From positions 72,354,001 to 72,418,000 of the forward strand of contig NC_043008.1 in the NCBI RefSeq assembly GCF_006345805.1: a DNA stretch of 64,000 bases, written 5' to 3'. Shown piece by piece: positions 1 through 10,900 of the stretch (position 1 is its first letter; each line of letters starts with the position of its first letter). Below the pieces are notes generated by a model that saw nothing but the letters and a program-made list of their open reading frames with translations, made no database searches and was not told where the DNA came from. This DNA comes from Octopus sinensis (Eukaryota). The translations under genes were made by a program, and so were the position numbers.

Positions 1-170
1 CTCGGGTGGTTGTACCAAAGTTCGCTATTTTGTATGCACTGTACCAACATTTTTCTTGGTGCTACTCGTATCTGCAAGAAATTTGTTTGTTGAGTCAAGA
101 AATTATCTGCATCGGATTCATCAGTTTAGAATGCTTGAAACTTCGGGATGGGAACTATATATGTATATAT

Positions 171-220
<50 letters not shown>

Positions 221-231
221 TCCAGTACGAA

Positions 232-311
232 ACTGGTATTAATTCTATCGACCCCGAAAGTATGGTAAACAAAACCGACATCGGCGTTTCTTTACTCAGA
301 ACGTAAAGAAA
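232..311 (-). mobile_element. SINE family B fragment
   Basis: Reverse complement matches the TTCTGAGT...CCTTTCGGGGTCGATA...TACCAGT body seen in more than 10 other copies in this window. Confidence 0.7.
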
Positions 312-1199
312 TGTTGTTATGCAGTTTCCCCGGGATTGTGTGAGCAAGCAATTTTTGGGACACCTTTTGTTGTCTCTTTCCTCGCACAAGGGAGAGCAGT
401 GCTACTCTGAATAGGCTGCTTTGTAGTTAAGAAGAGGATACAGACTGTGAAATTGCTCACACACGTTTCAGAGAACGGTCACATTCTTCTTACCAGAATA
501 GGTGCAATGCTCAAGCTAGAGACCTCCAGTGACTTTCCTCACCTGTTCTCATCTCTTTTAGTTCATTGCCGAAGGCTTTGATTTGTCCTCATGTCATCAT
601 TCAATGACATGCAATATGATTTCATTTAAAATGGAATTTGCTTGTGTTGGACAAAACCTACGCTCTCTACCTAGAAAGCATAAGTTGTACTAGTTCTCAG
701 TGTTTCACTTGTCAGATGTAGACTAGATTGCAGATCAAGTAGTGATAGTATGGCTTGATCAGCCAATGGGTTGGTGGCTCAACACATAAACACACATATA
801 CATATATAATGAGTATAAAATATATAAATATATAAAACGGATTATGAAAAATAATAAATATAAAATTATAAAAATAAAAACACACACACACGTATGCATA
901 TATGTTTGTGTGTGTGTGTGCGTGTATGTGTGCAAAAATATAAAATATGAATATATATATATAAATTAAATAAAAGTATATAAACAATAAATACATATGT
1001 GCACAAGCATGGCCTTAGAGCACTCATGAGTTTCCCGCCCTTTGAAGGATTTTATTTTTCGTTCTGCAGGTTGTCCAACAACCACTCTCCACACCAAGCA
1101 GTCTCGGTGGGGTTGCCAGTTTAGGTGCCAAACCATGGAACAAGTTGTACTGAGTTACATGTTACCAGTAGCGTTCAAGAGGATTTGACGACATATTAT

Positions 1200-1495
1200 G
1201 CGTGGCTTGGTGGTATTCATTTCACCATCGTGAGATTGTCAATTCGATTCCTAGGGGCGCATTTTGCCCTTCGGCAAGATACTTTATTTCACGCTGCTCC
1301 AATTAACTCAGCTGACAAAAATGACTAGTGTTTGTATTTCAATGTGTAAGCCTTGTAACGTTTTGTCTCTTTGAGATGTACGACAAGGCTATGCGTTCTG
1401 TGGAGTGACCAGCCACTTACACCTTAATTCCAAGAGCAGGTAGTTTCATTGATCAGATCAGCTGGATTTCACGTCGTCGTAACCGACGGAGTGTC
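1200..1495 (+). mobile_element. tRNA-derived SINE
   Basis: A-box-like GTGGCTTGGTGG, B-box-like TTCGATTCC, central GGCAAGATACTTTATTTCACGCTGCTCC block, tail ending GTCGTCGTAACCGACGGAGTG. Confidence 0.65.
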
Positions 1496-1501
1496 AGCGG
1501 T

Positions 1502-1541
<40 letters not shown>

Positions 1542-1589
1542 TAATATGGGTGGTACCACTTTGTTGTACCCTCTGTCACATTAGTGATG

Positions 1590-1620
<31 letters not shown>

Positions 1621-1909
1621 GTAATTGCAGCGTGGAGGGGGTTTATAAGCCATTAAAACCACAAAAACACACAAATCGTTAGATTCACTTCAACATTTAA
1701 ATTTTATTTTTGTCAAAATATTTTCGTCGCTTTGAAACCGCGAACTGTTCACTAACAAAATTACGTGTTGAATCTCATTTTGTCAGTGAATAAGTCGCGG
1801 TTTCATATAAATATTTTGACACAAATTAAATTTAAATGTTGAAGTAAATCTAACGGTTTTTGCGTGCTTTTTTTAAATTTCTTATGAACACCTTCCGCGC
1901 TGCGATTGC
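1621..1909. mobile_element. Fold-back element with ~140-bp inverted arms (inverted PLE pseudo-LTR-like)
   Basis: 1621-1760 is the reverse complement of ~1777-1909 (GTTAGATTCACTTCAACATTTAAAT / ATTTAAATGTTGAAGTAAATCTAAC); ~16-nt spacer; directly follows a (TA)n tract. Confidence 0.85.
1710..1758 (-). ncRNA. Minimal type I hammerhead-like motif, G3:C8 variant
   Basis: Minus strand reads TTGTTA-GTGAACA-GTTCGC-ggtttcaaa-GCGAC-GAAA-ATAT-TT-TGACAA: 6-bp stem I, stem II, GAAA, palindromic stem III. Confidence 0.55.
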
Positions 1910-2020
1910 TTTTGTTTCAGCACACAATCTCAGATTGTTACTTGCTATGCAAGTACATCTCCGTAATATATATACATACATACATACATACATACATACA
2001 TACATACATACATACATACA

Positions 2021-2053
<33 letters not shown>

Positions 2054-2318
2054 GAATGTATGCACGGATGTCTACTCATTAGTAGAGAATGACCACCGCT
2101 GATAAGATGACTAATAGCTGATTGTTTTTACCAACGTGACATCAACAGTATCACAAGAAGCCGGCGAGAGACTTACAGAGTTTATCACAAAGAGTGTTAA
2201 ATAAATCCATATATTCTGCCTGAGAGTTACACCTCTCAGATGAAAGTATCATTATGAGTTTTCCAATGTGTCTTGAGCCCGAAGACTTTGCCGGCCTGCA
2301 ATAACGAATAGAGCATAC

Positions 2319-2372
<54 letters not shown>

Positions 2373-2543
2373 GCCGGTTTATGGAGTTATCCGGTGTTCC
2401 GCGCCCTTAAAGTGCTTAGCTTTATAGCGTTTCTTCAGACCCTAAACCCGTTGGCTAATGGCTTCTCTGGCAAGAGGCCTTAGAGTGTGCTTCTTTTCGG
2501 ATTTATGATTTACTGACGTACACGCACACACACACACAGACAA

Positions 2544-2626
<83 letters not shown>

Positions 2627-2743
2627 TGTTATATATATATTGTTATATTTCAGAATGGTCATTTTGTCAGTTTAACCAATAAAAACACATGCACTATATA
2701 TTGGTGTTATTTATTTTTCACACATTAATCTTAATCTTATTTC

Positions 2744-2788
2744 GGCCAGAGTTCTTTCGTCACACTCCTGTGACCGCATCAGTGGTCC
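2744..2788 (-). ncRNA. Minimal type I hammerhead-like motif in PLE 3' tail
   Basis: Minus strand reads GGACCA-CTGATGC-G-GTCAC-aggagt-GTGAC-GAAA-GAAC-TC-TGGCC; sense to the PLE ORF; A9 replaced by C. Confidence 0.7.
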
Positions 2789-3148
2789 TTTGTTTTCTCT
2801 TCTTTCTATTTTGTCTCTCCTTACCAACCGTCAGCCATTTTGTATTTCTATTGTATGTCATCATTTGCGCATGCTTATATCTCTATGTGCGTCTATGTTT
2901 ATTTAGTGTGTATATGTGGGGGGATGCCTGTAATATTTATATCTTCTGTTTATATACGTTCATGTAATTTGTATTTTGTTTTTGTTGTTGTTGTTTTTGT
3001 TTATTCTTATTTTGTGCATGTGTTTACATCCACTTATTATTATCATTACATATGCTTGTATGTATGTATAACAACAATACTAGTAATAATAATGAAAATT
3101 GAATTGAATCGAAAAAAAAATAAAATAAAATTAAAAAAATATATATTT

Positions 3149-3220
<72 letters not shown>

Positions 3221-3285
3221 TACAGTTATTTATTTCTATTTGTTTATTTATCTGTGTATTTATTATGTTTTCGGATCCTCTATCG

Positions 3286-4607
3286 TCATAAGTTGTGGTG
3301 TGTGCTAGTGCTCCATTCTAGTTTTCTATTCAGGCTAGGTTTATTTTCTATTATGTGTATAGCTTCTGTAATTTGTCTGATTACTGCATCTGTTCTATGT
3401 GTGGACAATATTTTAATTTCTATATTGTTGATTGATCCCCCGTGTTCCTGTTCGGCGTGTTGGTACAGGATCGATGAGCTTTTACCTTCCTCGAGTTGTC
3501 TGCAATGTTCATTTACCCGCTCTCCTATGCTTCTTGCCGTTTCCCCTACGTATGTCGTTGTCTTGTTACTGCATCGTCCCTCTATACATCTTATACTATA
3601 GACTACATTTCTGGCTTTACAGTTTGTTTGTGGGCTAAATCTACATACAGTACAGTACTTATCCGTACTGTGGGTTCTACTAAAAGGATAGGTTCTACCA
3701 ATTATAGATTTGATAGGGTTGCCTGGCTTTTCAACAACCTTAATTCTTAGCTTAAGTTTGTCTAGGGTCTTTCTAAAGCGGTACGCCAGTTCACCTCCAG
3801 GGGTGGTGTCAACGAACATGACACTCTGGTATTTATGGCTATCATACCAAGAGTTGGCCTTCCCTATTTTCTTTTTTGTCCTTTCTATAGTGTTCCATGA
3901 CTTGTTCCTATAGAGTGGGCAAATCCCATTCGTATCATTACATAATATATTATCAAATTTCTTCATGGCTCCTTTGTATACTCTGATCCTTTCTTTATGG
4001 CTGTAACCTGAGAACTGCATGCGGTGAATGAAATATTGTATGTGTCTCTTTAACTCGGTAGGCTCGCACATGCGTGACACATTTCTCATTTTTCTGACGT
4101 GGTCTGCCATTAAAATATTGAATTTGGCATTGTCCGCAATGGCTGAGTTCCGGTGGATCAAGTATTTTGAGGCCATAGGTTTGGCATAGTATGAATGAAG
4201 GATTTAGGTTTTATTATTCACAATTTCTAGCCAGAGTTCAGTGTCTAGTACTGGTAGTCTATGGTTGGGGTGTTTAGTGGGGTAGTCTATTGTGACCTTA
4301 ATACTCTGGTAAATGGAGTTAGCTATTTGCTGGATGCTCTCCATAGTATTAGTTTCTATTACTATATCAACATTACTCTCTTGTGGGGGTGCCTTTACCA
4401 CTATGTTGATATCATCAACATAGCGAGAGTACATGTTTACGAGTATGGAGTTCTGTGTTAGGCGTTCTTTAAGCCTTCTGTCCCACCATACCATGAAAAG
4501 GTTGGCCACATCACCAGCGATACTAACGCCGATTGCTGCCCCCTCGTCCTGGGCATATATTTTATTATTAAACTTAAACGTGTGGCCTTTTAAATATTTA
4601 AACATGT
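3286..4607 (-). pseudogene. PLE RT + GIY-YIG polyprotein, C-terminal ~440 codons, one in-frame TAA
   Basis: ORFs 4204..4704 and 3286..4176 are in the same frame (NNKT*ILHSYYAKPMASKY); sequence upstream of ~4607 is microsatellite or unrelated repeat. Confidence 0.9.
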
Positions 4608-4622
4608 ATATATATATAGATA

Positions 4623-4850
4623 TACATATTATATAAAATCCGTTCTGTCTGTCTGTATGTGTGTCTTCTAGGATCTCGGGCAACCTCAATCCGATTGCGC
4701 TCAAATTAATTTGTTATGTAGATACCGACGGTATCAGGGCGCGTATAAGTCTTGAAAAAATCTTTTAAATCGATTCAAGGTGAGAATGCTATCGATAAAA
4801 CCCTGTTTGGTGCTACTTTTCTTCCGTCAACCTGTACATAACTGCACCTT
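4623..4850 (+). mobile_element. Possible Helitron/Helentron-type non-autonomous end
   Basis: TATATAAAA followed by CTGTCTGTCTGTATGTGTGTC and TCCGATTGCGCTCAAATT resembles 5' ends of DINE/HINE-like elements; other end not located. Confidence 0.35.
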
Positions 4851-5068
4851 CCATTTTTTGTTGTTTTTGTACTGATTAAAGGCATGTTTCTTTCCTGCCA
4901 ATCTTACTGCTTAAACCATGCTTGTGTTCTCCCAGTCAACAGCCTTGTCATTACTGGTACTTTAAACTCTTCGGTTGCATATTTGTGTGAACAAAATCGT
5001 TTTCCTTTGGAATAGAAAATAAGTCTCTTTATTTCTTCTTTTGCTAGAGTCTCAAATTTAGGTTAAAT

Positions 5069-5133
5069 CAGTGTTTCTCAAAGGGGAGGCAAGACATATG
5101 GGACGGTCGGACTAGTTGTTTTGAGAAAATTTG
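5069..5133. mobile_element. 65-bp hAT-type mini-MITE
   Basis: CAGTGTTTCTCAAA / TTTGAGAAAATTTG termini; flanking 8-mers GGTTAAAT and GTTTAAAT match at 7/8. Confidence 0.55.
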
Positions 5134-5177
5134 GTTTAAATGTTTGACAACTCAGCACCGTCCATTGGACTGGGGGC

Positions 5178-5219
<42 letters not shown>

Positions 5220-5960
5220 GCAATACCAAGGCAAAGCAGCATTTGGGCACAAGCGAAATTTTGGTTACCTAAAATGTTTGTGGCATATTTTAACTTCTAA
5301 AGGCAAATTCTCTGCAGTTAACATAGAGAAAAACCTCTCTCAAAGGTTAAAAAATAAGGTGTAAATAACACCATATCTGCCTACTGTTCCCCTCCAGTCG
5401 GATTCCCAAGCGCAGCGTTTCTACGTTTTTTAACTGTTACCAAAGGGAAATTCACAAAGAAATAACTCTGGGCAGATTTAAATTTGTAGTATTAACTAAA
5501 ACCCACCCAAACGCACACACAACCACACACAAATGCACGCACACACGCACACAGACACACACATATATATAAATGACAAATATTCTGGATATGGGCGTGG
5601 CTAATGAGAGAACACAATATGCAGGTCATATGATAATGGCCAACGTTAATAATATGGGATGTACGACTGATGCAAACGCCCCCTGGTTTTTATATGAAAA
5701 ATCAGAAAATAATTAAGCAAGCGAATTATGAAAGAAGCAATAACACAAAGATGCATATACGCACATGCAATACTCTTACATATATAACCTTGCATTTGTA
5801 GATGTGTACACATGAATGCATGCAATATGTGAGTACACGTATACACACATATTAACAGACACACACACTCACACAACACATACATATGTATACGTATGTG
5901 TATGTGTGTATATATATACATACATATACATACATATATATATATATATATATACTCTTA

Positions 5961-6149
5961 TACTCTTTTACTTGCTTCACTCATTTGACTGTGTTCATGC
6001 TGGGGCACCGCCTTTAGTCGAGCAAATCTACCCCAGGACTTATTCTTTGGAAGCCTGGTACTTATTCTATCGGTCTCTTTTACCGAACCGCTAATTTACG
6101 GGGACGTAAACACACCACCATCGGTTGTCAAGTGATGTTGGAGGGACAA

Positions 6150-6180
<31 letters not shown>

Positions 6181-6342
6181 CATATATACGACGGGCTTCT
6201 TTCAGTTTCCGTCCACCAAATCCACTCACAAGGCCTTGGTCGGCCCGAGGCTATAGTAGAAGACACTTACGAAAGGTGTCACGCAGTGGGAATGAACCCG
6301 GAACCATGTTGTTGGTAAGCAAGCTACTTACCACACAGCCAC
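5961..6342 (-). mobile_element. SINE family A (tRNA head, CORE-like centre), full length
   Basis: Minus strand head GTGGCTGTGTGGTAAG...CCGGGTTCA, internal (CA/TA)n, tail ...GAAGCAAGTAAAAGAGTA; homologous to 7444-7829. Confidence 0.85.
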
Positions 6343-6605
6343 ATATTTATATATACATATATATATATTTACGGAGCGTTACCAACTATTCTCGCTTTCT
6401 GGACCCGAAGGGCGTAATTTGTTCAGCTGTTTGTGTCCCTTGTCCACCGTCCTAAATCACACAGTGCCGTTTGCTTGTTTTGTTTCGTTTTGTTTGGTCT
6501 TGTCCCTAATTCTACACAAAAAAGTAACATTTTTACATATATACCCGTGTGTCTCCCTCTCCCTCTCTCTCTTTCTTGCCCTCATTCTTTCCCCTTTTCT
6601 TTCTT

Positions 6606-7135
6606 TCCCCCCTGTCACTTCTATTTTACCCTTTCTTCTTACTCCTTCTCTCTCTCCGTCTTGTACTCTTAGCCGTTCTCCCTCTTGTATTCCTAACCTG
6701 TCTCCGTCTTATATTCGTAGCCTTTCTCTTGTATTCCTAACCTTTCTTCTTCCCCTTCATCCACATCCCTCTTTTTTCTTTGTCGCACCCTCTGCCTGCT
6801 TCTGTCAGGGGACCAGCGGTTAGTTCCTCTTTTTCTTCCTTTCTTAGACCGATCCCTGAGCTGACCAGTCGCAAATTCTTTCACCCTGTCACTTCTATTC
6901 TAGATTTTCTACTTACTCTCTTTCTCTCTTTTCCTCTTCAATTCCAAGCCTCTCTGACTTTTGTATTCCTAGCCTTTCTCCTTCCCCTTCATCCACTTGC
7001 CCCTTCTTTTCTCTATCATTCTCTCTCTCCCTGCTGTCTTTCTCCTCTGCCTGTTGCTGCCATGTGACCAGCGGCCACTTCCTCTTTTTTTCCTTTCTTA
7101 GACTGGTCCCTTACCTGACCAGTCGCAAATTTTGT
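6606..7135. repeat. Two diverged tandem copies of a ~265-bp CT-rich unit
   Basis: CCCTGTCACTTCTATT...GACCAGTCGCAAATT occurs twice (about 6606-6878 and 6880-7135). Confidence 0.7.
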
Positions 7136-7443
7136 CTCTCTCTTGTACATCGTACAAAACATTTTCTAAAAGTTACCCATTATTCTCGTCTTTTGGGTCC
7201 CAAGGCCGTATTTTATTCAACTGTTTGTCATCATCCACCGTTATTCTGTTTTGCTTTGTTTGTTCTTATCCCTAATTCTACGCAAAAAACTTTTTTTTGC
7301 GGCCACCGCCAACTGGGAAGCATTCAGTCTTTTCGTTAAAGGTACGAAACTGAAAAAGTACCACTGGTCGATAACTGATAAAGAATTATGGACGTTCAAT
7401 TCGTCTCTCGTTTATTTTTACATTCAGTATGCATTTTGTTGTT

Positions 7444-7829
7444 TACTCTTTTACTTGTTTCAGTCATTTGACTGCGGCCATGTCGGAGCACCGCCTTTAA
7501 TCGAGCAACTCGACCCGGGGACTTATTCTTTTGTAAGCCCAGTACTTATTCTATCGGTCTCTTTTTGCCGAACCGCTAAGTAACGGGGACATAAACACAC
7601 CAGCATCGGTTGTCAAGCAATGCTAGGGGGACAAACACAGACACACAAACACACACACGCATATATACATATATACGACAGGCTTCTTTCAGTTTCCGTC
7701 TACCAAATCCACTCACAAGGCATTGGTCGGCCCGGGGCTATAGCAGAAGACACTTGCCCAAGATGCCACGCAGTGGGACTGAACCCGGAACCATGTGGTT
7801 GGTTAGCAAGCTACTTACCACACAGCCAC
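7444..7829 (-). mobile_element. SINE family A, full length
   Basis: Same head, centre (CACTTGCCCAAGATGCCACGCAG) and tail as 5961-6342. Confidence 0.9.
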
Positions 7830-7884
7830 TCCTTATACACACACACACACACATATGTATGTATATATATATATATATATGTAT

Positions 7885-8210
7885 AGAAATTAAATATAAA
7901 TTACAAAATGGGACAAGAACGCAAAAACCCACAAAAAGACGACGCAAAAAAACAGAAGGGTCATTCGAAGCCTCTAATCTTCATCTTAGCCATTTCGGCT
8001 GATTAATCCTGATATCGCTCCGATACGGCCTGCCCCAAAGAAAAACTAAACTACGAGCATTAGATTTCTTGGAAAGAGGATCGAATGTATACGAAACAAG
8101 GACAGAATGCCACACGAATATGAATACAAGAAACAAAAAATAGAAATAAAAAACAAGAATAGTAATAACAGGACAAACAGCGGGTGTCTTACGACTTCAG
8201 ACAATTTTTA
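7885..8210. repeat. Interspersed repeat, probable PLE pseudo-LTR/UTR relic
   Basis: Shares G(G/A)GTCATTC...TTCATC...CCATTTCGG blocks with 9130-9310; embedded in TA-rich microsatellite. Confidence 0.4.
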
Positions 8211-8443
8211 ACTATATATATATAGAGAGAGACAGACAGAGACAGATAGAGAGATAGATAGACAGACAGATAGATAGATAGATATAGATATATGATTACA
8301 TATGTCTATATATTACCCATACATATATAAACACAAATTTAGATAGATGTAGATATACTATACATGCATATATGTGTATATATATATAAATATATATATA
8401 TATACACATATATATGTATGTATAGAGTGTTATATATATATAT

Positions 8444-8477
<34 letters not shown>

Positions 8478-8496
8478 ATGTATGTATGTATAGAGT

Positions 8497-9085
8497 ATAG
8501 ACCCAAATGAGGATCTAAGTAGATTTAATAATATACTGAATACACTTCCCCCATCCATCAAATCACACGACAGAATCAGTTGCATTGAATTACCATTCCT
8601 GGATAGCCACATAAAAATACAGAACTCCACAATCACAAAAGATATACTTTACAAAAATACTGACACACACCAATATTCAAATTTCTATTCTTACCATCCA
8701 TCACACATCAAAAGGAACATTCCATACAGCGTGGCAAGAAGCAATTGTGCTATAGTGACTGACCCCAAAATACGTGAAATCCGACTCAACGAGCTCGAAG
8801 GTTTCCTCACAATGCAGAAATACCCCTTCGGATTAATTAATGAGGCAATTAAAAAGGCGATGAGATTGAGCATTACCCAACTACGGACACCCAAGGAAAA
8901 AATTAAGGAACAAGTGATTCCGTTTGTTAACACACAGTCCTGTGATAACTATCTTCTTTCACGCCGTAAAATCGAACTTACCAATAACTCCTACAAAGCC
9001 CCAAAACGAAAAATCTGATTGAAAAACACTCCTTACGGAATAGTAGGACGCCAAGCAAAAGATCTCAAAAGACATATCCCAATAG
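8497..9085 (+). pseudogene. Second PLE family: RT C-terminal/thumb fragment, copy 1
   Basis: NILNTLPPSIK...ELPFLD...YKNTDTHQY.NF.SYHPSHIKRNIPYSVAR...VIPFV...RQAKDLK; frameshifted and truncated before the endonuclease. Confidence 0.85.
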
Positions 9086-9086
9086 C

Positions 9087-9118
<32 letters not shown>

Positions 9119-9306
9119 TATATATATATACGGAACAAAAACGTAATAGAGGGCATTAAAACATTCGGATAAATAGACGATACAAAGGCGGACAAGAGAA
9201 ACAATAATTAGAAGGATTGGCAAAAAGGTCGAGTCATTCTTGGCTTTCTTTCATCAGTCATGTCCCAGAAGTCACGACCATTTCGGGCAGTTACATTTGA
9301 TCTAAC

Positions 9307-9340
<34 letters not shown>

Positions 9341-9455
9341 TATAATCTTTCATTTCCATAGAACCTCTTATCTTCCTTCTGGCACCCTAAGAAAAGTTAA
9401 GAGAATGCTTTCAGGGATGACCGCACCCCATCCTTTTTTCACTATTTTTTCCAAC

Positions 9456-9494
9456 TGACATCCTGAAGAGGTCACCATAATTGAACTCATGTCA
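9456..9494 (+). ncRNA. Deleted hammerhead remnant (copy 1)
   Basis: TGACAT-c-CTGAAGA-GGTCA-ccataat-TGA-ACTC-ATGTCA: 6-bp stem I and 5' core present, GAAA absent. Confidence 0.4.
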
Positions 9495-9899
9495 ATAGCT
9501 ATACAATGATAAATAACTAACTAAATAAATGAATGGTAAATACATGCGAAATTGAAAAGAAATCTCTCCCTCCTCCCTCTATCTATCTTTCTATCACTTA
9601 TCTGTCTACCTATCTTCCTGTTTCCATTGTCCTAGAACCTCACCTCCCAAAACAAATAAACAAAAACATTGTTCTCCTTTTCTAAACAAAACAAAAAATA
9701 TCTGATTTATATACAATTTTATTTGACAAGTTCGAAAACGAATGAAAGCGCTAATAATAATGAATAAAAACTTTTTCCAAAATTCTGGCGTCCTCCTTTT
9801 CTCTCAATATATATATATATGTGGGGGGTGCATATATATATATCAATATATATATATATGTGGGGGGTGCATATATATATATGTATGTATGTATAGAGT

Positions 9900-10486
9900 A
9901 TAGACCCAAATGAGGATCTAAGTAGATTTAATAATATACTGAATACACTTCCCCCATCCATCAAATTCACGACAGAATCAGTTGCATTGAATTACCATTC
10001 CTGGATAGCCACATAAAAATACAGAACTCCACAATCACAAAAGATATACTTTACAAAAATACTGACACACACCAATATTCAAATTTCTATTCTTACCATC
10101 CATCACACATCAAAAGGAACATTCCATACAGCGTGGCAAGAAGCAATTGTGCTATAGTGACTGACCCCAAAATACGTGAAATCCGACTCAACGAGCTCGA
10201 AGGTTTCCTCACAATGCAGAAATACCCCTTCGGATTAATTAATGAGGCAATTAAAAAGGCGATGAGATTGAGCATTACCCAACTACGGACACCCAAGGAA
10301 AAAATTAAGGAACAAGTGATTCCGTTTGTTAACACACAGTCCTGTGATAACTATCTTCTTTCACGCCGTAAAATCGAACTTACCAATAACTCCTACAAAG
10401 CCCCAAAACGAAAAATCTGATTGAAAAACACTCCTTACGGAATAGTAGGACGCCAAGCAAAAGATCTCAAAAGACATATCCCAATA

Positions 10487-10487
<1 letters not shown>
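9900..10487 (+). pseudogene. Second PLE family: RT C-terminal/thumb fragment, copy 2
   Basis: Duplicate of 8497-9085; reads PSIKFTTES then frameshifts into ELPFLD. Confidence 0.85.
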
Positions 10488-10536
<49 letters not shown>

Positions 10537-10711
10537 GGAACAAAAACGTAATAGAGGGCATTAAAACATTCGGATAAATAGACGATACAAAGGCGGACAA
10601 GAGAAACAATAATTAGAAGGATTGGCAAAAAGGTCGAGTCATTCTTGGCTTTCTTTCATCAGTCATGTCCCAGAAGTCACGACCATTTCGGGCAGTTACA
10701 TTTGATCTAAC

Positions 10712-10745
<34 letters not shown>

Positions 10746-10861
10746 TATAATCTTTCATTTCCATAGAACCTCTTATCTTCCTTCTGGCACCCTAAGAAAA
10801 AGTTAAGAGAATGCTTTCAGGGATGACCGCACCCCATCCTTTTTTCACTATTTTTTCCAAC

Positions 10862-10900
10862 TGACATCCTGAAGAGGTCACCATAATTGAACTCATGTCA
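10862..10900 (+). ncRNA. Deleted hammerhead remnant (copy 2)
   Basis: Identical to 9456-9494. Confidence 0.4.

Larger units (their letters stand above)
2645..4607 (-). mobile_element. Penelope-like retroelement, 5'-truncated, with C-terminal GIY-YIG endonuclease (clade unresolved)
   Basis: RT motifs QDEGAAIG and RYVDD, thumb region, then NVVY...YVGETAR with CCHH (RCIEGRC, EH, QH..EH); AT-rich 3' tail with hammerhead motif; (TA)n tracts at both ends. Confidence 0.92.

Noticed and set aside
310-790. Unique-looking segment possibly coding
   Set aside because: No recognisable motif or sustained reading frame
2215-2265. CTGAGAG/CTCTCAG hairpin followed by GAAAGTATC
   Set aside because: No CUGANGA-like core in the right register and no convincing stem I
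2840-3601. 253-aa plus-strand ORF
   Set aside because: Antisense to the PLE and runs through a (TA)n tract; YI-repeat artefact
4204-4206. Possible selenocysteine or readthrough recoding in the PLE
   Set aside because: The stop is TAA, not TGA, and the element has a C-terminal endonuclease, unlike the Sec-encoding Naiad PLEs; a point mutation is simpler
6419-7067. Ser/Leu/Pro/Phe-rich ORFs
   Set aside because: Translation of a CT-rich tandem repeat
9225-9300. Minus-strand GAAA...CTGATGA arrangement, also at 10630-10705
   Set aside because: Stems I-III could not be assembled in any hammerhead topology
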